From NCBI GenBank assembly GCA_013812695.1, contig JACCSZ010000190.1, forward strand, positions 497-64,496: a stretch of 64,000 bases of DNA, read 5' to 3'. This document shows positions 17,582-30,648 of the stretch, one piece after another. Under the pieces are notes generated by a model, which worked only from the letters and a program-made list of their open reading frames with translations, was not told the DNA's origin and ran no database searches. Both the position numbers and the translations under genes were made by a program. The first letter of the stretch is position 1, and every line of letters begins with the position of its first letter. This stretch comes from Gemmatimonadales bacterium. GTDB lineage: Bacteria > Gemmatimonadota > Gemmatimonadetes > Gemmatimonadales > GWC2-71-9.

Positions 17582-18628
17582 GTGCATGAACCCTTGACCG
17601 CTCCCGTGACCGTGCATTGTCTCGTCGTGGATGACGATGCGCAGGTCCGGCACTCGCTCGCGCGCGTCATCCAGGCCCACGGCCTGGCCACCCTCGAGGC
17701 CTCCTCCGGCGCCGAGGCCCTCGCGATCCTCGAACGCGAGGGCGAGATCCCGCTGGCCATCTCCGACATCCACATGCCCGAGATGGACGGCGTCACGTTC
17801 CTCCGCCAGGCGCTCGAGCGCTACCCGGACATGGCGATCGTGATGCTCACGGGCGTCGCCGAGGTGGCGACCGCGGTCGAGTGCCTCAAGCTCGGCGCGC
17901 TCGACTACATCTCGAAGCCGGTGCTGATCGACGAAGTGCGGGCCCGGGTGGACAAGGCGCTCGAGAAGCGCGAGCTCGTGCTGCAGAACCGGTTCTATCA
18001 ACAGCATCTGGAAAGCCGCGTCCGCGACCTCGACCGCCGCAACAAACAGAGCGTCATCAACGGCGTGCAGATGCTGGTGCACGCGCTCGAGGCCAAGGAC
18101 GCCTACACCAGCGGGCATTCCACCCGGGTGAGCCGATACGCGGTGAAGACCGCCGTCCACCTCGGCTTCACGGGCGACCGTCTCGAGCACATCCGGCTCG
18201 GTGGCGAACTGCACGATATCGGCAAGATCGGGACGCGCGAAGACATCCTGAACAAGCCCGGCCCGCTGACCCCGGACGAGTTCGAGCACATCAAGGGTCA
18301 CACGGCCCTGGGCGAGCGGATCCTGGCGCCGTCGCTGGGCGAATCTCCGATGGTCCTCAGGGTTGTGCGATCGCATCACGAACGCATCGATGGCGGCGGC
18401 TTCCCCGACGGCCTCGTCGGACAGGCCATCCCCCAGGAAGCCCGGATCGTCGCCGTCGTGGATGCGTTCGACGCGATGACCACCAACCGCGCCTACCGGC
18501 CGTCGCGGACGCCCGGCGACGCGAAGGACGAGCTCCAGCGCTGCGCGGGCACCCATTTCGACCCCGAGGTCGTGGACGCCTTCGTGCACGCCTTTCCCGA
18601 CGTGTCCATCCTTCCGAGCTCGATCTGA
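17582..18628 (+). CDS. Response regulator with HD-GYP phosphodiesterase output domain
   Basis: REC domain (VVDDDAQV...ISDIHMPEMDG...MLTG). HD-GYP domain (HSTRVSRYA, LHDIGKIG, HHERIDGGGFPDGL). Confidence 0.85.
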   Translation: MHEPLTAPVTVHCLVVDDDAQVRHSLARVIQAHGLATLEASSGAEALAILEREGEIPLAISDIHMPEMDGVTFLRQALERYPDMAIVMLTGVAEVATAVECLKLGALDYISKPVLIDEVRARVDKALEKRELVLQNRFYQQHLESRVRDLDRRNKQSVINGVQMLVHALEAKDAYTSGHSTRVSRYAVKTAVHLGFTGDRLEHIRLGGELHDIGKIGTREDILNKPGPLTPDEFEHIKGHTALGERILAPSLGESPMVLRVVRSHHERIDGGGFPDGLVGQAIPQEARIVAVVDAFDAMTTNRAYRPSRTPGDAKDELQRCAGTHFDPEVVDAFVHAFPDVSILPSSI

Positions 18629-18648
18629 CCTCCGGCGGTCCTGGCACC

Positions 18649-20049
18649 ATGTCCGATACCCTGATGATCAGCGTTTCCGGGATGCGTGGCCATGTGGGCA
18701 CGGATCTCACGCCGGAGCTGGTGGCCCGCCACGCGGCGGCCCTCGGCGCCTGGGTGCGCACTTCATCCGCCGGCCAGACCGCCGCGGCGCGCCGAGAGCG
18801 CCCTCGGCCGGCGGTCGTGCTGGGGCGGGACTCACGCACCAGCGGGCCGATGTTCGCCCGCGCGGCCGCCGCCGGTTTCATGTCGGTAGGGGTCGACGTG
18901 ATCGACGTGGGGGTCGTGCCCACGCCCACCGTGCAGATGGCGGTCGAGCATCATCACGCGGGGGCGGGGCTGATTCTCACGGCCAGCCACAATCCGATCG
19001 AGTGGAACGCGCTCAAGTTCGTGGGGCCGGACGGGATCTTCCTCGACGATGAGGCAGGGAGTCGGGTGCGGGCGCTGGCCGAGGCGGGGCCGCCGCGCAT
19101 GGGGTGGGACGGACTCGGGACGTTGAGCGAGGACCGTGAGGCCGTCGCGCGGCATCTCGACGCGGTGCTGGCCTTGCCCGTGATCGACGTCGCCGCGATC
19201 CGCGCCAGGCGATTCCATGTCGCGCTCGACTGCGTGCGCGGCGCCGGCGCCTCGGCGATCCCGCCGCTCCTCGAGCGGCTGGGTTGCCGCATGAGCGCGA
19301 TCAATCTCGAGCCGGACGGCCGCTTCCCGCGCGCGCCGGAGCCGGTGCCCGAGAACCTTGGCGATCTCGGCGCGCTGGTGCTGGAGAGCGGGGCGGCGGT
19401 CGGCCTTGCGGTGGATCCCGACGTCGATCGCCTGGCCCTGGTGGACGAGCGCGGGCATCCCATCGGGGAGGATTACACGCTCGCGTTCGCGGTGCGGGCT
19501 GTGTTGGATGGGCGCGGCAGTGCGGCAGAACACCCTACCGTCGTGGTGAACCTGTCGACGAGCCTCGTCGTGGAGGATGCCGCGCGGGCCGCCGGCGCGA
19601 GACTGGTTCGCGCGCCGGTGGGCGAGGCCAACGTGGCCCGGGCCATTCGGGACGAAGGCGCGGTCGTCGGCGGAGAAGGGAACGGCGGCGTCATCCTGCC
19701 GGCGCTCCACATCGGCCGCGATGCACCTCTGGGGGTGGCCTTGATCTTGCACCTTCTCGCCAAGTCTGGGGTATCGGTCTCAGATCTGGTGGCGTCCGCT
19801 CCGCGGTACACGATCGTCAAGGCGAAGGGCCCGCGCGGGCCGGAGCTCCGCCCGCTCTACGATCGGCTCCGGACCCGGTTCCCTGATGCGGGCACCGACG
19901 AGCGCGACGGACTCCGCCTTTCCTGGCGGGATCGCTGGCTCCACGTGAGACCGTCCGGGACCGAGCCGATCGTCCGGCTCATCGCCGAAGCACCGACCGC
20001 CGGCGAGGCCGAGGCCCTGGTCGCCGCCGCTCGCGAACTCTTGCACTGA
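18649..20049 (+). CDS. Alpha-D-phosphohexomutase (phosphoglucosamine mutase/phosphomannomutase-like)
   Basis: SVSGMRG, catalytic TASHNP, metal loop AVDPDVDRLA, GGEGNGG. Located 13 nt upstream of glmS, which suggests a GlmM-type role. Confidence 0.8.
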   Translation: MSDTLMISVSGMRGHVGTDLTPELVARHAAALGAWVRTSSAGQTAAARRERPRPAVVLGRDSRTSGPMFARAAAAGFMSVGVDVIDVGVVPTPTVQMAVEHHHAGAGLILTASHNPIEWNALKFVGPDGIFLDDEAGSRVRALAEAGPPRMGWDGLGTLSEDREAVARHLDAVLALPVIDVAAIRARRFHVALDCVRGAGASAIPPLLERLGCRMSAINLEPDGRFPRAPEPVPENLGDLGALVLESGAAVGLAVDPDVDRLALVDERGHPIGEDYTLAFAVRAVLDGRGSAAEHPTVVVNLSTSLVVEDAARAAGARLVRAPVGEANVARAIRDEGAVVGGEGNGGVILPALHIGRDAPLGVALILHLLAKSGVSVSDLVASAPRYTIVKAKGPRGPELRPLYDRLRTRFPDAGTDERDGLRLSWRDRWLHVRPSGTEPIVRLIAEAPTAGEAEALVAAARELLH

Positions 20050-20062
20050 GGTTCATGGCCTG

Positions 20063-21892
<1,830 letters not shown>

Positions 21893-21964
21893 CAAAAACG
21901 GTCACTCGGTGCCGGCGGTTGCCGACGACTTGATAACGTCGCCTGCCTGCATCGTGGTGATCTC

Positions 21965-21992
21965 GGCTCCCGGGCAACCGGGGCCGATTTTT
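21965..21992 (+). terminator. Candidate intrinsic terminator after glmS
   Basis: GGCTCC-cgggcaacc-GGGGCC hairpin followed by GATTTTTGTG. Lies about 70 nt downstream of the glmS stop. Confidence 0.45.
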
Positions 21993-22055
21993 GTGCGCTC
22001 AGCACGTCCGGTCGTCCGGGGGCGTACGTGTGGCCGGCCCGCGAGCCGCGGGGGG

Positions 22056-23120
22056 TCAGGTCGGGGCCGGCGAAGCCTCTCCGTGGCCGGCGGACCCCGT
22101 CGACTTCAGGCCTGAGACCGCCTGCCCCTCCGGCAGGGACCAGGTCTGACCGACTTCGGTGATGACCACGCGCCACCGCTCGGGCCCGGCGGCGGCGAGG
22201 AGCCGGCGCATGGGCTCGTCCATCGGCTCGCGGCTCAATCGGAAGGTGGAGTGGTGAATCGGCAGCAGGTACTCGGCCCCGAGCGCCTTGAACATCCGCC
22301 AGGCTTCTTCGGGCGAGGCATGGCTCGCGATCCAGGGATCGTAGGCGCCGATGGGCAGGATGGCGAGATCGACGGGTCCACGGCGGGCGAGCCCGGCAAA
22401 TGCGTCGGTATACGCGGTGTCCCCGGCGAACACCACGGTCCGGTCGTGCTTCCGCAGCAGGTAGCCGCCATAGCCGCGATGCCGGTCGGTGACCATGCGC
22501 GCGCCCCAGTGCCGGCTCTCGATCGATTCGACAGCCAGATCCCCGATCCTTACCACATCTCCCCATCCGAGCTCGTCAACGACCCGAAACCGCCGGACGA
22601 GATCGCGATTGCCTGCCTGCACCACGACGCGGACCTTCCGGGAAATGGCGCTGAGGGTACCCAAATCGGTGTGATCCATGTGGGCATGCGAGAGCAGCGC
22701 CACATCGAGGTGCGGCAGCTCGCGCTTCCGGAGCGCGGGCTGGATCAGCCGGCGCGGCCCCAGCTTCAGGATGCCCCGGCCCAGGCCGATGCGGCGCTCG
22801 AGCGCGGGGTCCGTCACGATCCAGGTGCCGTGGAAGTTGAGCAGGACGGTGGCATGGCCGAGCCAGGCGGCCGTCAATCGGTCATCCGGCCACGAGGACG
22901 GGTCGGGCCGATGCGGTGCCGGTGCGACGCTCCGGCCAAGATCCTGACGGCGGTCTACGACGGCGTCGCGGGCATAGCGGCGCGCGAAGGCCAGGCGATG
23001 GGCGAACGTCAACTGGCAGTCAGTATCGGCGGCCGTTCCCGCCGGACAGCGCGTCGAACGCAGCCGCGGTCGCGAGCCCGAACACGGCGTGGGTGCCAAG
23101 CGGGATGAGTGCCTTGGCAC
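22056..23120 (-). CDS. MBL-fold metallo-hydrolase (Lactamase_B_2 / NAPE-PLD-like)
   Basis: WLGHATVLLNF...LLSHAHMDHTD metal motif. The annotated start overlaps the upstream gene by 100 nt, so the true start is probably further downstream and remains unresolved. Confidence 0.65.
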   Translation of the reverse strand: MPRHSSRLAPTPCSGSRPRLRSTRCPAGTAADTDCQLTFAHRLAFARRYARDAVVDRRQDLGRSVAPAPHRPDPSSWPDDRLTAAWLGHATVLLNFHGTWIVTDPALERRIGLGRGILKLGPRRLIQPALRKRELPHLDVALLSHAHMDHTDLGTLSAISRKVRVVVQAGNRDLVRRFRVVDELGWGDVVRIGDLAVESIESRHWGARMVTDRHRGYGGYLLRKHDRTVVFAGDTAYTDAFAGLARRGPVDLAILPIGAYDPWIASHASPEEAWRMFKALGAEYLLPIHHSTFRLSREPMDEPMRRLLAAAGPERWRVVITEVGQTWSLPEGQAVSGLKSTGSAGHGEASPAPT

Positions 23121-23526
23121 GCGGGCGTTCGGTCGCCGGCGGCAGAATCCCGCGCCGCGGGAGGATGCCCCTCTTGGGATAGTTGAGCGCCCAGATCAGC
23201 TCCCCGTAGACCAGCCCGTGGAGGGCGTGCGGCAGACGCAGGCGGTTCTGGACAACCCCGTAGATTGCGCCCCACAGGGCTGAATAGGCGAGGTGGGCGC
23301 CCATCCCGGCGGCCCACGCCGCTGGCTTGGAGATTGGGTGTCCTGCCTTCCGCGCCTCCGTCTCCACCACCAGGATCGGTTCGATTTCCAGTGGCTCCTC
23401 GACCGGCAAAAACAGTTTCTGTTCGATCCCGTTGGCCGTCGTCACCGCTGCCGCGCCTGCCAGGCCGGCCAGCGCCCCGGTAAGCGCCGCCGTGGCCACA
23501 CCCAGCGGTCGGGGTTCAGCGTTCAT
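23020..23526 (-). CDS. Hypothetical membrane protein
   Basis: 168 aa with several Ala/Gly-rich hydrophobic segments. No family recognised. Confidence 0.4.
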   Translation of the reverse strand: MNAEPRPLGVATAALTGALAGLAGAAAVTTANGIEQKLFLPVEEPLEIEPILVVETEARKAGHPISKPAAWAAGMGAHLAYSALWGAIYGVVQNRLRLPHALHGLVYGELIWALNYPKRGILPRRGILPPATERPRAKALIPLGTHAVFGLATAAAFDALSGGNGRRY

Positions 23527-23624
23527 AGTTCAATGCGCTCCAGACTACGTTTGGATTCATGGATTCGCCACGCGTCGTTCGGACATTATCGTCTGCGACG
23601 CGCTGCGACCATGACGGAGGTCAC

Positions 23625-24065
23625 ATGCGCGTCGTTCTTCAACGGGTGTCCAGAGCGTCGGTGACGATCGATGGCCGAGTGGCTGGCGCCATCGGGCGGG
23701 GATACTGCGTGCTCGTCGGCTTCACCCACGCCGATAACGGCGACCGGGTAGATTGGATGGCCGACAAGGTCGCCGGCCTCCGGCTGTTCTCCGACGATCA
23801 GGGCAAGATGAACCTCGCCCTCGCCGAGGTTGGGGGCGCGGTGCTGGTGATCAGCCAGTTCACGCTTTACGGCGACGCCGTAAAGGGCCGCCGGCCGTCG
23901 TTCATCGACGCCGCGGGGCCCGGGGCGGCCATCCCGCTGTACGAAGGCTTCGTCGCCGCGCTCCGGGCTCGCGGAGTGGAGACCGCCACCGGCGAGTTCG
24001 GCGCCGACATGCAGGTCGAGATCCACAACGACGGCCCCGTGACCCTCCTCCTGGACCGCGCATGA
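23625..24065 (+). CDS. dtd: D-aminoacyl-tRNA deacylase
   Basis: MRVVLQRVSRASV...SQFTLYGD...GRRPSF...NDGPVT. Internal ATG chosen. Confidence 0.9.
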   Translation: MRVVLQRVSRASVTIDGRVAGAIGRGYCVLVGFTHADNGDRVDWMADKVAGLRLFSDDQGKMNLALAEVGGAVLVISQFTLYGDAVKGRRPSFIDAAGPGAAIPLYEGFVAALRARGVETATGEFGADMQVEIHNDGPVTLLLDRA

Positions 24066-24667
24066 CCCGTGAGATCCTGACCCTCGCCTCCGCGTCGCCC
24101 CGTCGCCGCCAGCTGCTCGAGATGCTCGGCATTCCGGTCCGCGTGGTACCCTCGAACATTCCCGAGGTGCGCCGGCCGGTGGAGGCGCCCGTGGACTACG
24201 TGGAGCGCCTGGCGCGCGAAAAGGCGTTGAGCGTCCCGGGACGCCTGGTCCTGGGGGCCGACACGACCGTCGTGATCCGCGACGAGGTGCTGGAGAAGCC
24301 GGCCGACGAGGCCGATGCCCTGCGGATGCTCAAGAAGCTGCAGGGCCGGACGCACCAGGTGGTCACATCGGTGGCGCTGGTGGCGGACGAGACGATTCAT
24401 CAGGCCACCGACGTGACCAACGTGGTCTTCCGCCGCCTGAGCGACGAGTTCCTGGGGGCCTATGTGGCGACCGGTGAACCGATGGACAAGGCGGGGGCGT
24501 ACGGAATCCAGGGCTACGGGGCGGCGCTGGTCGAGCGGGTCGAGGGTGATTTCTTCAGCGTGATGGGCCTGCCGCTTCGCCTGGTCCTCCAGTTGCTCGA
24601 GCGGGCAGGCCGTGCCTATCGCTTCGAGGGCCGCAACGGCACGCCGGCGGTGACCGAGGTGCGCTGA
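24062..24667 (+). CDS. maf: Maf-like nucleoside triphosphate pyrophosphatase
   Basis: LASASPRRRQLL, GADTTVV, DKAGAYGIQG. ATGA overlap with dtd. Confidence 0.85.
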   Translation: MTREILTLASASPRRRQLLEMLGIPVRVVPSNIPEVRRPVEAPVDYVERLAREKALSVPGRLVLGADTTVVIRDEVLEKPADEADALRMLKKLQGRTHQVVTSVALVADETIHQATDVTNVVFRRLSDEFLGAYVATGEPMDKAGAYGIQGYGAALVERVEGDFFSVMGLPLRLVLQLLERAGRAYRFEGRNGTPAVTEVR

Positions 24668-26277
24668 GGCTCGACGTCCCGGACCCGATACACCTGGACC
24701 ACGCCCACCTTGCCTTTGAGGCCCAGCTCCGGCAGGAATTCGGAGCTCACCTGATCCCGCACCACCCCCAGCAACGCTTCGCTCACCAGGATCTCGCCCG
24801 GCGCCGCCTCGGCGCAGAGCCGTGCGGCCACGTTCACGGCGTCACCGATGACCGTGTATTCCAGGCGCCGATGGCTCCCGATGTTGCCGGCGAAGACCTC
24901 GCCGGTGTTGATGCCGATGCCCACGCCGATTTCGGGCCGGCCCTGGCTCGCCCACCGCTCGTTCAGCCGCGCGATGGCCTGCTGCATCGCCATCGCGGCC
25001 CGGACCGCTCGGTCCGGATCGTCGGCATGAGCGATCGGCGCTCCCCAGAGCGCCATGATCGCGTCGCCGATGAACTTGTCGAGCGTGCCGCCATGCTCGA
25101 AGATGACCTCCACCATCTCGGTGAAGTACTCGCTCAGGAGCTGCGCGATGGCGTCCGGTCCCATCGACTCCGCGATCGCGGTGAAGCCGCGGATGTCGCT
25201 GAAGAGCACGGTGGTCTGGCGGCGCTCTCCGCCCGTGCGGATGGCGCCGTCCTGCTGAGCGATCTCGGCGGCGACGTTGGGCGCGAAGTACCGCTCGAAG
25301 TTGGAGCGGATCGTGGCCTCCCGGCGGATGTGCTCGGCGTAGCGCGAGTTCTTGATGCCGACGGCGGCAAGGCCGCTGAACGCGACGAGAAACTGCAGGT
25401 CCTCGTCGGTGAACGTGTCCGTCGTGGTGAGGTTGTCGACGTACAGGAGCCCGAGGAGTCGGTCACCGCTCGCCATGAGCGGCGAGCACATGGCGCTCCG
25501 GACGCTCTGGAGCACGAGGGACTGGCCGCGGAAGCGGTTGTCCGCCGGCGCGTTCTGCGACACGACGGCGACCCGCTCCTGGATGACCTTGTCGGCGATC
25601 GATCGCGGCACCTGGAGCGGCTGGGCGTCGCCGAGCCGGCTCCGGGAGATCGTCGGCACCAGCTCGCCGGTCTGCTCGTTCTGAAGCACGATCGTGACCC
25701 GGTCCACGCTCATGACCTCGAAGGTGGTGTCGACGACGGCGCGGAGCAGGCGGTCGAGATCGAGCTCGGCCGAGAGCTTCTGGGATACTTCGAGGAGCAT
25801 CTGGAGCTTGCGCGCTTGGCGGTCCTCACCGGTCGAGGCGGTGACCCGAAGCTGTCCGGCCGACGGGGCATCGCGGCTGGTGATCCCCGGCGGGACCCCG
25901 GCATTCACGACCAGCTGCCGGACGATCTGCCCGCCCGGCGGTCCCGCTTCGCCCCCGATGGCCGGACGCTGCAGCGCCGGCATGGACAGGCCCCCGCCGA
26001 GGAGTCGGAACACCACTTTGCCGAAGGTGATCGCCTCGTCGAGCGCCAGGCGGCCCGTGCCGATCCGGATGCCGTTGATGCAGGTCCCGTTCGAGCTGCC
26101 GAGATCTTTCACCTGCACGCCGTCGGTACCGACGGTCAGCTCGGCGTGCCGCCGGGAAATCGTCGGGTCGTAGATGGCGATGTCGCTGGCCAGCCCCCGC
26201 CCCACAACGAGCGTGCGGCCCTCGGCGAGCTCGAAGCTCTGGTCGCCGGCGGCGCTGACGAGGCGGAACGGGGGCAT
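24616..26277 (-). CDS. FHA-GAF-class III adenylate/guanylate cyclase
   Basis: FHA domain (GRGLASDIAIYDPTISRRHAEL...GSSNGT), a central GAF-like region, and a cyclase domain (TVLFSDIRGFTAIAE...KFIGDAIMALWGAP...GINTGEVFAGNIGS). Confidence 0.8.
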   Translation of the reverse strand: MPPFRLVSAAGDQSFELAEGRTLVVGRGLASDIAIYDPTISRRHAELTVGTDGVQVKDLGSSNGTCINGIRIGTGRLALDEAITFGKVVFRLLGGGLSMPALQRPAIGGEAGPPGGQIVRQLVVNAGVPPGITSRDAPSAGQLRVTASTGEDRQARKLQMLLEVSQKLSAELDLDRLLRAVVDTTFEVMSVDRVTIVLQNEQTGELVPTISRSRLGDAQPLQVPRSIADKVIQERVAVVSQNAPADNRFRGQSLVLQSVRSAMCSPLMASGDRLLGLLYVDNLTTTDTFTDEDLQFLVAFSGLAAVGIKNSRYAEHIRREATIRSNFERYFAPNVAAEIAQQDGAIRTGGERRQTTVLFSDIRGFTAIAESMGPDAIAQLLSEYFTEMVEVIFEHGGTLDKFIGDAIMALWGAPIAHADDPDRAVRAAMAMQQAIARLNERWASQGRPEIGVGIGINTGEVFAGNIGSHRRLEYTVIGDAVNVAARLCAEAAPGEILVSEALLGVVRDQVSSEFLPELGLKGKVGVVQVYRVRDVEPQRTSVTAGVPLRPSKR

Positions 26278-26313
26278 GGGGAAATATAGGGTGACGAGGG
26301 CAGCACGCCGGAC

Positions 26314-26375
26314 CGTCCGTCACCCTGAGCGGAGCGATAGGGGGCAGGAGTCCGGTCATGCCCCCTTCGCTCCGC

Positions 26376-26390
<15 letters not shown>
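26314..26390. repeat. REP-like palindromic element, copy 4 (full element)
   Basis: CGTCCGTCACCCTGAGCGGAGCGA ... TTCGCTCCGCTCAGGGTGACGGACG, 24-bp arms with a 28-nt spacer. The right arm contains the trpE stop codon. Confidence 0.85.
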
Positions 26391-27886
<1,496 letters not shown>

Positions 27887-27890
<4 letters not shown>

Positions 27891-28510
27891 GGGGCGGCGG
27901 CCACGAGATAGATCCCGGACGCGGGCAGCGGTGCCCGCAAGTTGTCGGCGGTCGGCCGGCTGGACGGGAGCAGGGCGAGCGCGGACCCGCCGGCCTGCAC
28001 CTGGCCTACCGCGAGCGCGCGCTCGTAGAGCACATCGCTACCGAAGGCGATGCGCGCGCGTGCCGGGGCCGAGAAGTAGCGTGCGTACTTGAACGTCACC
28101 GACGCGCCCTGGCGCAGCGGTTGGCTGGTGACCACCTCCAGGCCGTACACGCCCGGGCGCGGCCGGATCTCGACGCTCACCACCCGGCCGCTGTCCACGC
28201 GGAAGGCGCGGGGTGGAAAGCTCACCTCGGCGAACACCACGTTCTCGGGCGGGCCGTGCCGGAGCACGACGACGTGGAGCGCTCCGGCCGCGAAACTGAC
28301 GGCGGTGTCCGAGGGCGGCGGGCCCGCGGTCTCGAGCACGATGGCCGTCGCGGCCGGCACCACCCGAACCGCGGATGCCTCGACCCGCGGGCCGGACACC
28401 GCCCGCCCGCCACACGCGGCCGCGAGGGCGGTGACCGCCGTGGTGGTGGCGGCAGCGGCAACGCCACGCCAGGTTGCCCGCTTCCGGCGCCTCCGGGATA
28501 TTCCCGTCAT
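27887..28510 (-). CDS. Hypothetical lipoprotein, translationally coupled to trpE
   Basis: Internal Met gives MTGISRRRRKR...ALAAACGG (lipobox). 4-nt overlap with the trpE start. No family recognised. Confidence 0.45.
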
Positions 28511-28512
28511 CG

Positions 28513-30582
28513 ATGTCCTGTCAGCGCGAGAGGTGTGCGGTGCACAGTGCGGTGCGTGTGACGTTCGTGGTCCTGCTGGCCCACGCGCCCCCGCTCGCGG
28601 CCCAGGGATGGAACGCACCCGAAGCGCTCACGCTCGTGCGGCGGGCGACCGATCGGAGGCTTGCGGCCCAGGCCGACTCGGCACTCGAGAGCTACCGCAC
28701 GCGGGCGCACGGGTTCCTGTTTTTCCTGGCGCAGGTGGGCGAAGGGTTGGCCGAGCCGCCCAGGCTGGTCAAAGCCGACGAGCTGCGCGTGGAAGTGTAT
28801 TGGCGGGCCCCGGACCGGAGCAAGCAGGTCGTGCTCGGCTGGCGGGACGGCGCGTTCCTGCCGACCGACATCCAGTATCACCGCGATCACCTGGGTATCG
28901 TCACCAACGACTTCGGCCCCGTCATCCGGATCGGTGAAGGCGAGGAGGTCCGGGACGTGCCGCATCCGCTCTCGCCCGCGGGTCTCGGCGCCTACGACTA
29001 CGCGCTGGGCGATTCGCTGGTCATCCGGACCGCGTCGGCGGAGACGATGGTCCGCGAGGTGCAGGTGCGCCCGCGCACGTTCGCGCGCCCCCGGGTGGTT
29101 GGCACGCTGTACCTGGATGCTGCCGGCGCGCAGCTGGTGCGCTTCCGCTTCAGCTTCACGCCCGCCGCCTACCTCGACCCGCAGGTCGAGGACATCAGCA
29201 TCGTCCTGGAGAACTCGTTGTTCGAGCGCCGTTTCTGGCTGCCGTACCGCCAGGAAGTCGAGATCCGCCGCCGGACGACGTGGCTCGACTTCCCGGCGCG
29301 AGGCATCATCCGGGGCCGGTGGGAGATCGAGGACTACGAGCTCAACGTCCCGCTGCCGGAGGCGCTCTTCCAGGGGCAGGCCATCACTGGGCTCGACCGT
29401 CCGCTCCCCGCCGACACGAGCTGGACCACGCCGCTCGGCGAGGCCATCGCGGGCGTCGCGGCCCCCGTCAATCGCCAGGACATGGACGCGCTCCGGGTGG
29501 AGGTCGAGCGGATCGCCGGCGCGCGGGCGCTGAGCGGGCTCCCGGCGAGGCGGCTCGCGGCGGGATCGGTGAGCGACGTCGTGCACGTGAACCGGGTGCA
29601 GGGGCTCACCCTCGGCTTCGGCGGCGTGGTCGGACTGCGACGGAGCCGGGTGCAGATCCGCCCGTGGATCGGCTACGGCAGCTCGGACCACCGCGTAACC
29701 GGCGGCGTCAGCGTCACCGCGGGGGTGGGCGCCACGCAGCTCACGGGCGGTGCCGCCCGCCGGATCGCCGACCTGAGCGACCTGCCGGTCATCGCCCCCG
29801 TCGTCAACTCGCTCCTGGCCCAGGAGGGCGGCAAGGATTACGGCGACTACGTCCTGCTCCACACGGCGGCGGTCGGACTGAGGCGGCGGCTGAGCGGGCG
29901 GACCACGGTCGGGGTGTCGGCCGCCATCGAGGAGACCCGATCGGTGAGCACCCGGGCCACGCCCGCCACCGGCAGCTACCGGCCGAATCCGGCGCTCGGC
30001 TCGGGGGTCTATCGCGTGGCGCGCGTGGAGCGGGAGCGCGCGAGCGGTGGGATCGCCGTCCGGCGCGACCTGCAGGGCCGCCTGAGCCTTGAAGCGGGCG
30101 GGGGTCCGAGCGGGTACGCCCGGTCGACCCTGGAGGGGCGTTGGCTCACCACGCTCGGTGGTCGGGAACTGGTGTCGCGGCTATACCTCGGCGCCGGTAC
30201 GGCTCGGCTTCCGCCGCACCGAAGCTTCGCCATCGGCGGCCGAGGCACGCTGGTCGGCGAGCCGTTCAGGGCCTACGGCGGACGGGAGATGGCCCTGGCC
30301 CAAGTCGAATGGCGCTTCGCTGTGCCGGTGCCGGCGATGCCCCTGGGCTCGTTCGCCTCGACCGGCCGGACGCTGACGGTGGCGCCGTTCCTCGCCGCTG
30401 GCGTCGCGGGCCGATCGATCGCCGGACTGCCGTGGGCCGGCACGGACGGCCTCCGTCCCGTCGCCGGCGTGGCGCTCGAATGGTTCATGCGCCTGATCCG
30501 GGTCGAGGCCGGGTTTGGCCTCAGGGACGGCGGCTTCGGGGTGACGGTGGACGTCAATCGGGACTGGTGGGGCCTGTTGTAG
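28513..30582 (+). CDS. Putative Omp85/surface-antigen-family outer membrane protein
   Basis: Signal-like N-terminus (VTFVVLLAHAPPLAAQG). The C-terminal region is beta-barrel-like, as in bacterial surface antigen domains (FAIGGRGTLVGEPF...GVALEWFMRLIRVEAGFGL). The start is ambiguous (28474, 28513 or GTG 28540). Confidence 0.5.
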   Translation: MSCQRERCAVHSAVRVTFVVLLAHAPPLAAQGWNAPEALTLVRRATDRRLAAQADSALESYRTRAHGFLFFLAQVGEGLAEPPRLVKADELRVEVYWRAPDRSKQVVLGWRDGAFLPTDIQYHRDHLGIVTNDFGPVIRIGEGEEVRDVPHPLSPAGLGAYDYALGDSLVIRTASAETMVREVQVRPRTFARPRVVGTLYLDAAGAQLVRFRFSFTPAAYLDPQVEDISIVLENSLFERRFWLPYRQEVEIRRRTTWLDFPARGIIRGRWEIEDYELNVPLPEALFQGQAITGLDRPLPADTSWTTPLGEAIAGVAAPVNRQDMDALRVEVERIAGARALSGLPARRLAAGSVSDVVHVNRVQGLTLGFGGVVGLRRSRVQIRPWIGYGSSDHRVTGGVSVTAGVGATQLTGGAARRIADLSDLPVIAPVVNSLLAQEGGKDYGDYVLLHTAAVGLRRRLSGRTTVGVSAAIEETRSVSTRATPATGSYRPNPALGSGVYRVARVERERASGGIAVRRDLQGRLSLEAGGGPSGYARSTLEGRWLTTLGGRELVSRLYLGAGTARLPPHRSFAIGGRGTLVGEPFRAYGGREMALAQVEWRFAVPVPAMPLGSFASTGRTLTVAPFLAAGVAGRSIAGLPWAGTDGLRPVAGVALEWFMRLIRVEAGFGLRDGGFGVTVDVNRDWWGLL

Positions 30583-30648
30583 CGGTCTTATCTTCCCACC
30601 GCGTCCTCACCGGCCCTTCCGCGGCACCTCACGACAGCAAAGCGAGCG

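Noticed and set aside
20050-20062. glmS ribozyme or other leader upstream of glmS
   Set aside because: Only 13 nt separate glmS from the preceding mutase gene, so there is no room for a structured leader.
23020-23120. 100-nt same-strand overlap between the MBL hydrolase and the upstream membrane-protein gene as a real overlapping-gene arrangement
   Set aside because: It more probably reflects an over-extended MBL start. The conserved MBL sequence begins well downstream (around WLGHATVLLNF), and alternative GTG/TTG starts cannot be ranked without alignments.
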